From contig JBODTK010000150.1 in assembly GCA_050613775.1 (NCBI GenBank), positions 62,001-126,000 of the forward strand: a stretch of 64,000 nt of DNA. The letters are read 5' to 3'. The first letter of the stretch is position 1; each line of letters begins with the position of its first letter. Positions 1 through 12,916 of this stretch are shown here, piece after piece. Both the position numbers and the translations under genes were made by a program. The notes below the pieces were generated by a model. That model was not told the DNA's origin. It saw only the letters and a program-made list of their open reading frames with translations, and made no database searches. The DNA is from Neocallimastix sp. 'constans' (lineage: Eukaryota).

Positions 1-119
1 ACCGATTAAATCGTTTGCAAAAATGGAGTAAATCAAACTGTATTATAAAGGAATCTTATTAAATTCTATTCCCAAAAATGCCTTATTATTCCTTGGATTA
101 AAGAATCTAGAACTTTGTA

Positions 120-164
<45 letters not shown>

Positions 165-523
165 AAAAATAGAAATGTGTAAACTATGATGATATTTTAG
201 AGCGTTACTGGAAATCAGTTTCCAAATTTCAAGGTATTAAAGGTCAAAACTACGATAGTAACAAGTTCTCAAACAATAAAGCTTTTTTATTTTATTTTAT
301 TTTATTTTATTTTTTTTTATTTTATTTTATTTTATTTTATTTTATTTTATTTTATTTTATTTTATTTTATTTTATTTTATTTTATTTTATTTTTTTATTT
401 TTTTAACTTTTATTTTTATTTTTAATTTCAAATGTACTTTTCACCTACATGCATTTTTTTTTATAATAAAATTAATAAATTTATGGAAGTGTATTCTCTT
501 CCCTGCCTAAAAAAAAAAAAAAA
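1..523 (+). mobile_element. 3' remnant of a non-LTR (LINE-like) retrotransposon, truncated by the window edge
   Basis: Translated patches KWSKSNCII (~21-47) and WIKESRTL (~93-116) are homologous to K*KNSNCIISYIVNNIP and the following SRTL patch at ~1338-1432 in the adjacent LINE. Ends in the GGAAG-TGTATTCT-CTTCC hairpin (485-502) plus poly(A), the same tail seen at 63157-63200. Interrupted by a (TTTTA)n tract. Confidence 0.6.
283..425. repeat. (TTTTA)n microsatellite
   Basis: Directly visible pentanucleotide run. Confidence 0.95.
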
Positions 524-559
524 TTCTATAATTTTGATGATAATCAATAACTATTCTTT

Positions 560-2280
560 CTAAAATGGCTTCTGGTACGAAGAGAGAAAATATGGAATAT
601 TGCGATAATATTATGAAAGGAGTTAGAAAAGGTTGTCCACTACCACCGATTCTTTTCAATCTATTTATTAATGACATTTTTAATGATTTTTCAGAATTTG
701 GAATTCCTTTTAGGCGAATCGAGATATTGTGGTGGACTCTTTGCAGATGATATTGTTCTATGCGCACCGTCAAGAACTAAGTTAAAAAAAAAAATGCTTA
801 AGAAGGTAAATGAATGGGCTAAAATTTAATATGATGAATTTTGGGATTAACAAAGTATGCAACGATGGCGATTCGACCAGACACACCTCCTTTTCAAAAT
901 AAAAAGAGATCCTATTTTTCATCTTGCTGATCAACCAATTCCAATATCTAAATGTTATTTCTATTTAGGTATACCATTTGATAAAAAGCTTATCGTTGAA
1001 CCCTATTATTAAATTACTTTACTTAACACTAAAGTCATCAAAGTTCTCTTTTCTGTTTGGTAAATTTCTTTCAAATTCCGAAAATTCCTATTCCATTTAA
1101 GAAGATTATAATTAAACTCTTACATGCTTAGTAAAGTCTCTTACTTTGCACTTTTATTTGGTTTAAATAAAGAGAGAACAAATAATACTCAGAAATTAAT
1201 TAATAAAGGATAAAGACGGATTGCAGATTTACACGAAGCCAAATTGTTTTATTACTGAATATTCTATTTCAAAAAGATATAAATATTCCTCCATTCTCAG
1301 CTAAGTGTGCTTTGTCTCAAGTCAAATGGCTTTTAATAAATAGAAAAATTCAAATTGTATTATTTCCTATATAGTTAATAATATTCCAAAAATCTAGAAA
1401 AAATGCATGATCAAAAAACAAGTAGAACTCTTAAACGTAAAACTAGAGAAAAGAGGTAGTAACAATAAAGAAATCAAGAATTTTTATTGAAAAAGAGATA
1501 TGAAAATCAATTCTATTAAAGCTGAATTTTATGTTCCGTAGGGTAGTAATGTCTATATTTCCCAACTAAGAAACACTTATTACAAGTTCGGATATTGCAT
1601 TCTCTGAGGTTTCCACCACATGGCTTCAAATTATAAATATCTTGAAATTTAGCGTTGGCTTCCGATGGGTAAATTCGTGCCAAGATGTGAATATGAATTC
1701 GATGCTTGTGTTGCCAAAGCCGTCAAAATGATTGAAAAAGACCGTCCTGAAAGGTGTCCTTATTGTTATAGAAAAAATAGTATTCCTCAATTGGAACATT
1801 TGGTTTTTCTAAATGCTATCTTTTCCCGTGAATTTCAAATGAAATACTTTTTAAGGATATTGAAATTCTTTATGAAAAATTCTATATAATTTCTAAATAT
1901 GGACCAATATCAAATAGTAATGTAAACACTGTTATCACAGATATGAATAGTATAGAATTAAGTTCTGATTCGGATAGTAGTAACAAAGTATATATTATTA
2001 AATAATAATAACAATAGAAATCATATTGTTACTAATAGTAGAATTAGTGATCGTGAAAATAGATATATTGAATGTTAGTGATAGTGAAAAAAAAAAAATA
2101 GTATCGTTACTGATAATGTAGTAAATAGTTCAATTGGTGAAAAAAAATAGTATTAATTTTTAAGTAATTTTCTGAATAATGAGTGTGTAAATATATATGT
2201 GAGATCTGAGGGCTCTCTTTACAGAAATTTATGCCTCCGTCTAGTGCTCGACAAGAATTCTGACAGTTTATATGTATAAG
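560..2280 (+). mobile_element. Degenerate, 5'-truncated LINE-like reverse transcriptase pseudogene
   Basis: RT motifs GVRKGCPLPPILFNLFINDIF (ORF 565-750), frameshifted LFADDIVLCAP (FADD at 740-751) and YLGIPF (962-979), plus C-terminal zinc-knuckle-like CPYC...LEHLVF (ORF 1665-1889). Many stops and frameshifts. End approximate. Confidence 0.85.
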
Positions 2281-2481
2281 TATTAAAAAAAAATATTTAA
2301 AATTTTTTTTTAACTTAAAAAAAAGTAATAAATTAAAAAAAAAAAATTATAATTAGTAAAGTATTTATATCATGAATATAAAAACCAATAATTATTTCCA
2401 TCTAATTGACTTTTATAGTTATTGTATTAATAAAATTTTTAATAAGTATTCGAATTTCTTTTTATTTTATTTTATTTTATT

Positions 2482-2651
2482 TTATTCAATCTGTACTTTA
2501 TATTCATATTCTACCATTTATTTTATTCAATCTGTACTTTATATTCATATTCTACTTTTTTTTATTTTATTTTTTCCAATCTGCACTTTATATTCATATT
2601 CTACAATTTATTAATATTTTATTCAATCTGTACTTTATATTCATATTCTAC
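2482..2651 (+). repeat. Four copies of a ~33-bp unit TTATTCAATCTGTACTTTATATTCATATTCTAC with short AT-only spacers
   Basis: Copies start at ~2482, 2523, 2573 and 2619. Confidence 0.9.
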
Positions 2652-2931
2652 TTTTTATTTTATTTTATTTTATTTACATAAAATTATTGTAAACATTAAT
2701 TTTAATTAAATCTATAATTTTTTTTTTTTTTTTTAAGGTTTTAAAATTTTTTGATTGATTTTAATTAATTGTATAATTTATTATTTGAAATATGAAAAAA
2801 AAAAAAAAATTATTAAAAATTTTAATAAAATTAAAAAATTTTAATAAAATTAAAAAAATTTTTTTTATTAAATATATATTAAATTTAACTTTCTTTCCTA
2901 ATTCTTTTTAAATACCTATTAATTTATAAAT

Positions 2932-2981
<50 letters not shown>

Positions 2982-3282
2982 TATATATACAGAAAAATAA
3001 TAATATATAAATAAAATGTAAAGTATAATACATCAAAACTTTTATATATTTATATAAATAATTATAGTATATACATGTTATTCTATTTCTATATATATTT
3101 CTATATTTCTTTTATTCATTATATAACAATATTCATATGTAAAAGGAAACATTAATACAAAACATATTTGAAATAAAAAAACATATACATATTAATTTAA
3201 AAAAAATAATAAAATAATAATGAAAAATAAAAAACAAACACAAATTTAATTATTTATACATAAACAAATGAACAACATTATA

Positions 3283-3313
<31 letters not shown>

Positions 3314-4127
3314 GAAAATAATCAAATGATAAAAATATTTGAAATTTTTAAAGGATTAAATATATATTTGAATATTTTTTAAAAAATGAATATAGAAATT
3401 AGTATTGCTGAAATTATAATCATCTTTTTATTATAATCAACGTGTATTCTTTATCATCTATTAATGAGAAAATATTAAAAAAAAAAAATAAAAAGAGTAA
3501 ATAAAAAAATAATGATAAAAAAGAAATTAAATTCACTCTTAATATATAGAACTATATAGAACGATTTAATTAAAATATTTAATAATACTAATACTAATAC
3601 TAATACTAATAATAATAGGATAAGGAATTTACAATAATGAATAGTATATAATATAAATATGTATGGAACATCTATAAATATATATAATATTAAATAATCA
3701 ATTTAAATAAAAATAGAATAATCGTTACAATTATTATATTTATTATTATTTTTTTTTTGTTTGATTCAATCATTGAGTTTTTGTAAATAAATAAACAAAC
3801 ATTAATATATATTATATATAAAGTATTATTATTCATCTTAACATTAACTTATCTAAAGAAAATATTAAAAGATTACTATAATGTTTTCAATTATATTTAT
3901 TAATTGTAATTCATAAGAAATGGTATTATTGTTATTTTTTATAATTAAGAAATAGAAATACAATGAATATATAGAAAAAATTATAAAAATTTATAGTACA
4001 TCACATGGATTTATTAATGAGATTCTAATTGAAAAACACACGATATTGTAAATAATAAATAGATAAATAAATAAATAAATATTAAAAATTTCAACATAAA
4101 TACATATGAAATATACAAATTTTATTT

Positions 4128-4170
<43 letters not shown>

Positions 4171-4424
4171 TTTTTAATCAGATTGGTTGAATAATTTGAA
4201 ACATAATAATTTAAATGTAGTATATATCACTTTTTTAACCATAAGCTATAATGAATTTTTAAATTTATTCCAGTACTAATATTTTTTTTTTTTTTTTTTT
4301 TTTTTTTATTTTATATTAATATATATAATCTTCCTTTGCGTTATTTATTTTATATATAATATACAAATATATTTAAAATTTTGTTGCAATTTCTATATAT
4401 AAAGAATAATAATAATAATAAAAA

Positions 4425-4535
4425 ATGATATCAATCACTGACGAACAATTAGGTGCTATTATTAACCTTCTCGGATGTTCAATCTTTCTCATGATTTTTG
4501 CTTTTCACTTCATTCAAGTGAATACTGATAAATAA
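4425..4535 (+). CDS. OST4: Oligosaccharyltransferase subunit OST4 (36-aa single-pass membrane microprotein)
   Basis: ATG 4425 to TAA 4535 gives MISITDEQLGAIINLLGCSIFLMIFAFHFIQVNTDK. This matches the OST4 pattern (ITD.QL, hydrophobic helix, conserved His near the end of the helix) and OST4 length. GC is locally elevated. Confidence 0.85.
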   Translation: MISITDEQLGAIINLLGCSIFLMIFAFHFIQVNTDK

Positions 4536-5421
4536 ATGCTTTCAATGATAAAATTTATAGAATTGAATCAGTTTATATACCTCAAAATAGATAAAATAAA
4601 CTAAAAGTTCAATATATATAAACACCAATATATAAAAAAGTTTATCAAGCAATCAAGTATATATAAAATAAGAAAAACTAAAAAAAAAATAAATAAATAT
4701 AATAATAATAATAATGTTAAAATAATTAATATTAATAGAATACTTTATTTTTTTATTTTTTTTATTTTATTTTTTTATATATTTATTTATTTTAAGGATT
4801 TGATAATTGTTTTGGATTAACATATAAAAATCAATAACTCAAGAGAAAGATAAATAAAATAAGATAAAATAATAATAATAATAATAATAATAAATTTTTT
4901 TTTTTTTTTTTTTTTTTTTAAATAAATCAATAAAGTAGAAAAAAAAAAAAAAATAGAACAAAATAAAATATAATAAAAATTAAACTTAATAATCATATAT
5001 TTATAATATTGTATATAATAATTCGACATTTCCTTGTAATACATATATATTATTAGGCTTCTTATTTTATTTTTTTTATTTTTATTTTTTTTTTTTTTTT
5101 TAAAAATTAATACCATTAAAAAAATATGATGATATTATAAAATTATAATTAATTTTTATTTTTTTAATACTTTAGAGATATATGAAATTTACAATTATAA
5201 ATAAAAATAAATAAAACTAAATAAATAAACATAAACATGAACATAAACATAAGTATAAAATTAAACTTAAAAATAAAAATAAATTTTTTTTTAATTAATA
5301 AAATAAAATAATATACATAAAAAAAATTATATTAAAAAAAAAAAAAAAAAAACATTTTCTAGAATTAGCTTACTTTCTTTTTAAAAAGTTATATATTAAT
5401 AATACTTTATTTTATTTTATT

Positions 5422-5452
<31 letters not shown>

Positions 5453-5557
5453 TTATTAAATTATTTTAATGATTGAAACAATGTTTAAATTTAAGAATAT
5501 AATATGTGAAAAAAAAGAAAAAAAATTTTTTTTTTTAATTGAGAAAAAATAAGAAAA

Positions 5558-5682
5558 TGAATGAAAAGACTTCTAAGTTCTTCCCTTTTTTATCTAAAAG
5601 TTCTTTTTGGAATTGATTACTTTATCGATTCAACTTTGAGGGGAACCTCTTAAGAAATAATACTACTAATTAGACAATCTGA
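5558..5682 (+). ncRNA. Candidate structured small ncRNA (snoRNA-like)
   Basis: GC-elevated island with a GAGG-GGAA-CCTC hairpin and terminal TAATTAGACAAT-CTGA (D-box-like). The upstream C-box-like ATGAATGA is imperfect. Confidence 0.25.
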
Positions 5683-6562
5683 TATTTGTTTAAATTATTA
5701 ATATACAAATATTACTAATAATTTTAATGAAAAACCTATATTATATTTCAATTCATTATAACTTTACTAATAAAAAAAATAATTTTTTTTTATTAACTTA
5801 TTAATTTTATTATTAAATTATTTAATTATTAATACATATTTCTTATTATAAACATTATAAAACTTCTTAAAAATATATATAAAAAATATTGTATTTGTAT
5901 ATATGTAATAATACAGTTATAAAATTAATAAAATTGTTTTTATTCTTCATTTTCATATATAAAAAAAAAATATTATATAAATAAAGGAATTACTACAAAT
6001 AAAAAGTATATAAATATATATATATATATTTTAATATCAATAATATAATTTAAAGATTAAAAACTAATAAAAGATAATAATATTAGTTTTAAAACTATAA
6101 TAATAATAATAGTAATGATGAAAATAATTATCATACTTTATAAAAGATATTAAATTATTTTTTTTTAAAAAAAAAAAAAAAAAAATGAAGATATTGAATA
6201 ATTGATTCTTTTAGTATTTAAAATTATAAGAAATTTGATATAATAATATTAAATTTAAGGAAATATATATATATATATATATCAATAAAACAAAAATATT
6301 ATTATGTATATCTAAATATTATAATTTTAATTATTTATGTAAATTTACTTTTTTCTTTATAAAAAAAAAAATGATATAAATAAATGTTAGCTGATTATAT
6401 ATATAATTAAAAATTTTTAAAATTATATTTATGTTTACTTATTAAAATAAAAACTACTATAAATTAATAATATTATTATTGTAAATTAATATTATTATAA
6501 ATAAATTATATAATAAATTTTTTGTTAAATTTATTCCAATATTTCATTGCTAATTGTTCTTT

Positions 6563-6609
<47 letters not shown>

Positions 6610-6777
6610 TTAATATATCATATTAGTATATTTTTAAATCCTCAATTTCTATTAAGGATGAATTTGTGTGGCACATAATAAAAATTATTTTATAGAATTA
6701 TTATTTTTTTATTTTTATTTATATTTATTATTGGTTATATGTATATTTTGTCTTAAGATTTTTTATTTATTTAAATT

Positions 6778-7054
6778 TGCTAAATATTCCTGTTATGTGT
6801 TTAGTTACATTATAAATTATACTAATATCGTAAAGTGTAAAAATATATTTATTCAATAAAATAGTGAGGTGTAACATTAAATGTTACCAATAATGTTAGA
6901 CTATTATAGAAAAATGATTATAAATAAGATGTAATAACATATTCTTAAAAGAAGAAGGTCTTTTCTCAATGTAAAAAGCAATAAAAATAAATAAATAAAT
7001 AAATAAAAAAACATAATAAAAATATAAATATTTTTAAATGCTGTATTTTTAACA
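6778..7054 (+). repeat. 5' LTR of copia A1 (TG...CA)
   Basis: Shares TTACCAATAATGTTAGACTATTATAGAAAAATGATTATAAATAA and flanking blocks with 12309-12579. Followed by the PBS. Confidence 0.85.
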
Positions 7055-8029
7055 TATTTAAGAGTCTCAATGACTCAATAATTCATTAACAATTGTTCAT
7101 ATCAAAATTCAATATATTAAATACTAAACATTCATTAAATATCAAAATAAAGAAATACTAGCAGTCACTTTAAAAATGACTAAATCAGAAAATTCGACAA
7201 CTACGGGGAATTCTTCAAAAACTTCATCAAAGACAACAAATACATCAAGTACAACAATGAATGATACTCTTGTTGAAGAAAAACCTCCAAATATATTCAA
7301 ATAAATACAATTAATAAATTTCGTATTTGAAACTTTAAAAAATTACAAATAAAAACTTTCACAAATGGTATTCAGACTTAGAAATTATTCTTTGATTCTG
7401 AAGAATTAGGTGATTATATATATCATAGAATATTAAAGATATAAACACCAGTAAAAATATTAATAATAATAAAAAAAAAAAACATTTAAAAATATTACAG
7501 TTCATCTAGGATTATAAAATTAAGCGGCCTCGACGAATATACAAAAAAAAAAGAAAAAAAGAAAAAAAATATTAAATAATTTTCACAAGTACAAACTTAA
7601 TGATAAAAATGATAAATAAATTAAAGGAAAGATTTTCAGAAACAAGCCCATCCAAACTATTTGAAATTGAAATGAAAAATAAAGAAATTAGAAATTGAAA
7701 ACGATGACCTTAAACTGTATCTGGATAATCGTCATTCGTTATTTACAGAATATAATAACATGGCAAAATTACAGAATAAATCTGAACTTAGTGAAGAAAT
7801 AAAAAAATTTTATATTCTTTAGAGGAATTAAATAAAATCAGAATTTCATATTCATTCACATTTCGATATGTTTGAAAGGTATTTAAGGATTTAAAAGAAG
7901 ATATAACAAATCCAAGTATCATAATCAAAAAAAAAAAAGCAAAAGTATTAAAAGAGTAGATATCAAAGAAGTATATCAACATGAAGATCGATCTAATTAA
8001 CAGAGTCTGAAATGGGAAACTTCCATATA

Positions 8030-8076
<47 letters not shown>

Positions 8077-9996
8077 CAAATTCCAACAAATACTGCCACT
8101 ATTGCCATAAAAATGAGGATACTAATGATAATTGTTTTTTTTTTTTTTTTAACCCTTCAAATTCCACCAAATAATAACTATAGGAGAGAAAAGAAAAATA
8201 ATAATAATAAATCAAGAAAAAAAAAATAAAAATAAAAGAATACCTTTAAGCAGAAAAGGTAGTAAAAGAAACTTTAAATCTTATAACCTTAACTATGAAG
8301 AACAAAATAATTCAGATTCATAATCAGATCTATCATTCGACATTCTATTTCAATATAAAAACTAATATTGTAAATGATCATTTTAATAACAATTCAATAA
8401 CTCCTTAGGAACATAAAGGTAAATAAAGTAAAGGCCTCGAAATCTTAAAAAAAAAAAATAATGATGAGGAATATAACAACAAAATAGTGGAATAGGAATC
8501 AATTTATCCAAAAATATATAGAAATACTATCAAACATCGAAGAAGCTACTATGAAAGGGATTACATACCCAAATGAACAATCCTATAGAATATACATAAA
8601 AGGGTATATATACAAAGAAATAGATAAAAAAATAATACTTTTATTCTATTGAAGAAATGATTTATGCTCCAAACACACAAAAATAATTTAATTTCCACTC
8701 AATACCTATGTAAAAAAAAAAGGGCTTTAAATAAGTAATGGAAATATGCAACAATAAAGAAAGACTCCAAATATTTAAAAAATAATAAACTAATTACTTC
8801 CGTCTATATAAATGATGAAAACCTTTTGACTTTAAATACAAGCTCAATGAAAGGTATATATTATAATATTAATAATATAAATAATATTGATTTAAAATTA
8901 TGGCATGGTTGATTAGGTCACTATTACAATCAAAATCTTCAAAAAGTTTTAGAAAAAAACATTATTATTGAAAAGAATGATAATATAAATTGTGAAGATT
9001 GCAAAATTAGTAAACTCAAAAAAAAAAAAAAACTATTCAACAAAACAATCAACAAGAGTATTTTACCATTATAAATCGTGCATACTGATACTATTGAACC
9101 ACTTAGGCCTGTACCCATCATTTAGTGGATACAAATATTATAATATCATTTATCGATGACTACAGTAGAAAATGCTGTGTTTATTTATTTAAACATAAAT
9201 TTGAGGCAGTTACAGAAATTTATTGAGTTTCATAAACTTATGAAAAATACTTGTAATTACAACATAAAGAAAGTAAGAATGAATACCGGTTTAGAATATA
9301 ATAACTCTAATTTTATAAATTATCTTAATAATAATGGAATTACATTTAATCATTCCTCACCAGGTAATCCCCAAAAAAATGGTCGCCATGAAAGAATTAA
9401 TCAGAAATTGGATAACTACATGAAAGTATTACTCAATGCTGCTAAATTATCTCCTATCTTATGGGATAAAAGCGATTAAATGTACATATATATTGTAAAA
9501 TTTAAATCCATATTAGGAAATTAATTTTTAAAATTCCAAACGAAATATTTTTCAATAAGAAAATTGATAAATCTAAACTTAAAGAAAAGAAGTATTTGGA
9601 TGCAAAAGCATTTTTTTTTTAATAGATACAAAAAAAGGAAATTTTGATAAAAATACAAAACTAGGTATATTCATAGGATATTTTTCCGACTATCTTGGTT
9701 ATCGTGTCTTCGACATTACTTCAAAATCAATAATTATTGTTGGTGATGCATATTTCAATGAAAGTCCACTAGGTTCTCCTGGCTCTTTTTTTTTTTTTTT
9801 TTTTTTATTCCTCAAATCTTTCAAATAAACAAAGTGAAGGGGAATAACACTTTTAACATTAATTTAGTCAATTCATTTATCATAATAAATTTGAAACGAA
9901 TGAAAACAACAAACAGATTGAATTTAATCTTGAAGATAATATAGATTTAATGAATACAATAATGAAAACATGTTAGATAGTAATTCAGAAAACGAA

Positions 9997-10176
9997 AAAA
10001 TTAATGAAGATAAAATTCATGAAGATAAAATTTATAAAGATAAAATTAATGAAGATAAAATTAATGAAGATAAAATTAATGAAGATAAAATTAATGAAGA
10101 TAAAATTAATGAAGATAAAATTAATGACGATAAAATTAATGAAGATAAAATTAATGAAGATTATATTAATGAAAAT
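9997..10176 (+). repeat. 15-bp minisatellite (AAAATTAATGAAGAT), 11 units plus one degenerate unit, encoding KINED repeats in the IN-RT linker
   Basis: ORF 9970-10179 translation and direct DNA periodicity. Confidence 0.95.
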
Positions 10177-12308
10177 TAAAAATTAGCTGAAAATCAAGAG
10201 GAAGTATACAAAAATTCAAATATCGAAGAAAATATAAAAATTACATTAAACGAAAACCATTCCATAACCCTACATGATAATAGTAAAAGTAATGAAAATA
10301 AATCTATTATTAATAGAAATAACGATAATAACATAAAGGGTATAAAAATCACAAATAATGATTTTTTGGACAAAAATGTAAAAAGAAGTTTTATTAATAA
10401 AAATTTGAATAAAAATTTTTAAAAAATTTCATAAAAATCTGTCTAATATGAAGATGAATGAATAAAATTAAATTTGGAAAATATTAATATATATGAAAAT
10501 GAATCTGATGACAGTTTTAGTGATTGGGAACTTTTGAATAAAAGAAAATTAAGAAAAATCTAAGAAAAGAATATTAAATTTAATATTAAAAGGAATAATA
10601 AAATTTTCAATAAGCAAAATAAACAAAAAATGATAAAATTGATAACAAAAAAAAAAAAAAAAAAAAAAAAAAAACTATTGAAAAAGAAAAAGAAAAAGAA
10701 AAAATTATCAATTGAATGAAGAAAAAAAAAATGAAGGATGAAACACTTACATTAAATAATTTTTTTTTTTTTGAGAGGAAAATAGATTCAGATGAAAATG
10801 AAAGCCTAATATTAATTCCAAAGAATTATAAAGAAGCTATGAAGTCAGAAAATGCCTTCCTGACAAATGGAAGATGTAATGGAGAAAGAATGATTATGAA
10901 AATTGTGGAAAACCAAAAAAATTATTCCAAAAGGCATTAAACCACTCGATGTTAAATGGGTTTTTACTATTAAAGATAATGGTATATATATAAAGCAAGA
11001 TCGGTCGTCAAAAGTTTTCGAATATAATTAAAGGAGTTGATTACACCTGTACCTATTCTTCTACAATAGAAATGAAAAGTTTTAGGTTAACAATTGCTAT
11101 TTACATCAATATGTAAATGGGATTTAGGACAAATCAATATTAAAGTTGCATATTTGAATGGTAATCGAGATGAGAAAAATTTATATTGTAATTTCCAATC
11201 GGTAATAAAAATTTCAATTGCGGAAAATCTAGATTATTATAAAAGGCTCTCAATAGACTCAAACAAGCTGGAAGACATTGGTTTTACAAAATCTCCTTTT
11301 TTTTTTTCTTAAGAAAATTAGGTCAATTCAATATAATAGAGATAACTGTTTATTTGGTAAATAAAAAAAAATAATAAATTATACTCATTATCAATCTTTA
11401 ACTTTTATGTTGATGATATATTAATTGTAGGAGAGAATAAAGAAATTACTAAAGTTACTTCAAAGATAAAACATGAATACAAAGTCTTCACAGAAAAAAC
11501 AGAAAACAAAAATCATTAGTTAATATATGTAAAACAAATGGAGGGTATAAAATTAATCAAAAAGCTTATGTTGAAACTTTGTTAACTAACTATAATATTA
11601 ACAACACTAAAATAACTAGAATACCATGTATTAATGCAAAGTTGGAAGATAGAGAAAACTCTGAAAAAAAAATTAACAAAACTGATTATAAAAAGATTGA
11701 TTATTGATTGGATCTCTATTATATGTATCAATAAAAACAAGACCAGATATAGCATTTTCAGTAAAATTAAGATGCAAGTTTTTCAGAGAATCCAACAAAG
11801 ACTGATTTTGAAATTATAAAGAACTATTCAATCCATTATAATGGAAAGGAAAATTTAAGAGCTTATTGTGATGCAGATTTCGCTGGTGATGCAGATTAAA
11901 AGAAGATCCATTTCAGGATATATTTTTGTATTAGAAAAAAGTTACAATGCCATTGAAAATCAATTACTCAGAAAAAAATAGCCTTATCAATACTCAAACT
12001 TAATAGAATGAACAAAACAAGTTATGAGTAAAAAGATTCAGTAAATGGATTATTCAGCAAAGATATTAGAATTAATATTATAATAGATAATAAACCATGC
12101 TGAAAATGAAAAAAAAGGACGATGCCAATATACGGACATAAAATATAAGTACGATTAAGATGAATTTATAAAAAAAAAAAATTAAATTAACACTCACTGG
12201 TTCTAACTTAATGATGGCATATCCATTAACCAAACGTATTTCTGAACCCAAGCTTAAATACTTTACCGATTTCATCATGAAAATGTGGAAAATGCAATGT
12301 AGAGGAAA

Positions 12309-12579
12309 TGTTAAATATCATAATTATGATGTGTTTAATTACATTGTACATTATACTACATTATTTAGTGTAAAATATTTTTATTCGATAATATAATGCA
12401 GTGTAAGGTTAAATATTACCAATAATGTTAGACTATTATAGAAAAATGATTATAAATAACATATAATAACGTACTCTTAAATGAAGAGGGTCTTTTTTAA
12501 TGAAAAAGCAATAAAATAAATAAATAAACACATAATAAAACATAAATATCATTTTTGATTTTAAGAGGTATATTTGACA
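12309..12579 (+). repeat. 3' LTR of copia A1
   Basis: TGTTAAATATC...TATTTGACA, preceded by a purine tract and homologous to the 5' LTR. Confidence 0.85.
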
Positions 12580-12861
12580 ATATCTATATTAATAATATCA
12601 TAAAATAAATTTTTATTGTTTTATTTTATTTTATTTTTTTATTATACCAATTATTATTATAAATTATATAAAGAACATTGCATATTTTAATATATAGATT
12701 ATATCCAAGTATTAAAAATATATATTAAATAAAAATTATTAAAATCTTTAGAATAAATAAATTTATATATTTTTATGATTATTATTATTAAAAATACATT
12801 ATTAAATTTATAATCTTTCTATTATTATTATTAAATTTATAATCTTTCTATTATTATTAAA

Positions 12862-12916
<55 letters not shown>

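Larger units (their letters stand above)
6778..12579 (+). mobile_element. Decayed Ty1/copia LTR retrotransposon, family A, copy 1
   Basis: Diverged LTRs at 6778-7054 and 12309-12579, PBS at 7058-7069, PPT AGAGGAAA at 12301-12308. Integrase remnants (WHG*LGH, CEDC, SPGNPQKNGRHER), RT YVDD at 11406-11417 and RNase H YCDADFAGD from 11864, in copia order IN-RT-RH. Many stops and frameshifts. Confidence 0.92.

Noticed and set aside
2482..2651. 33-bp repeats with variable spacers resembling a CRISPR array
   Set aside because: Spacers are short, low-complexity AT runs related to each other; no cas genes; eukaryotic context.
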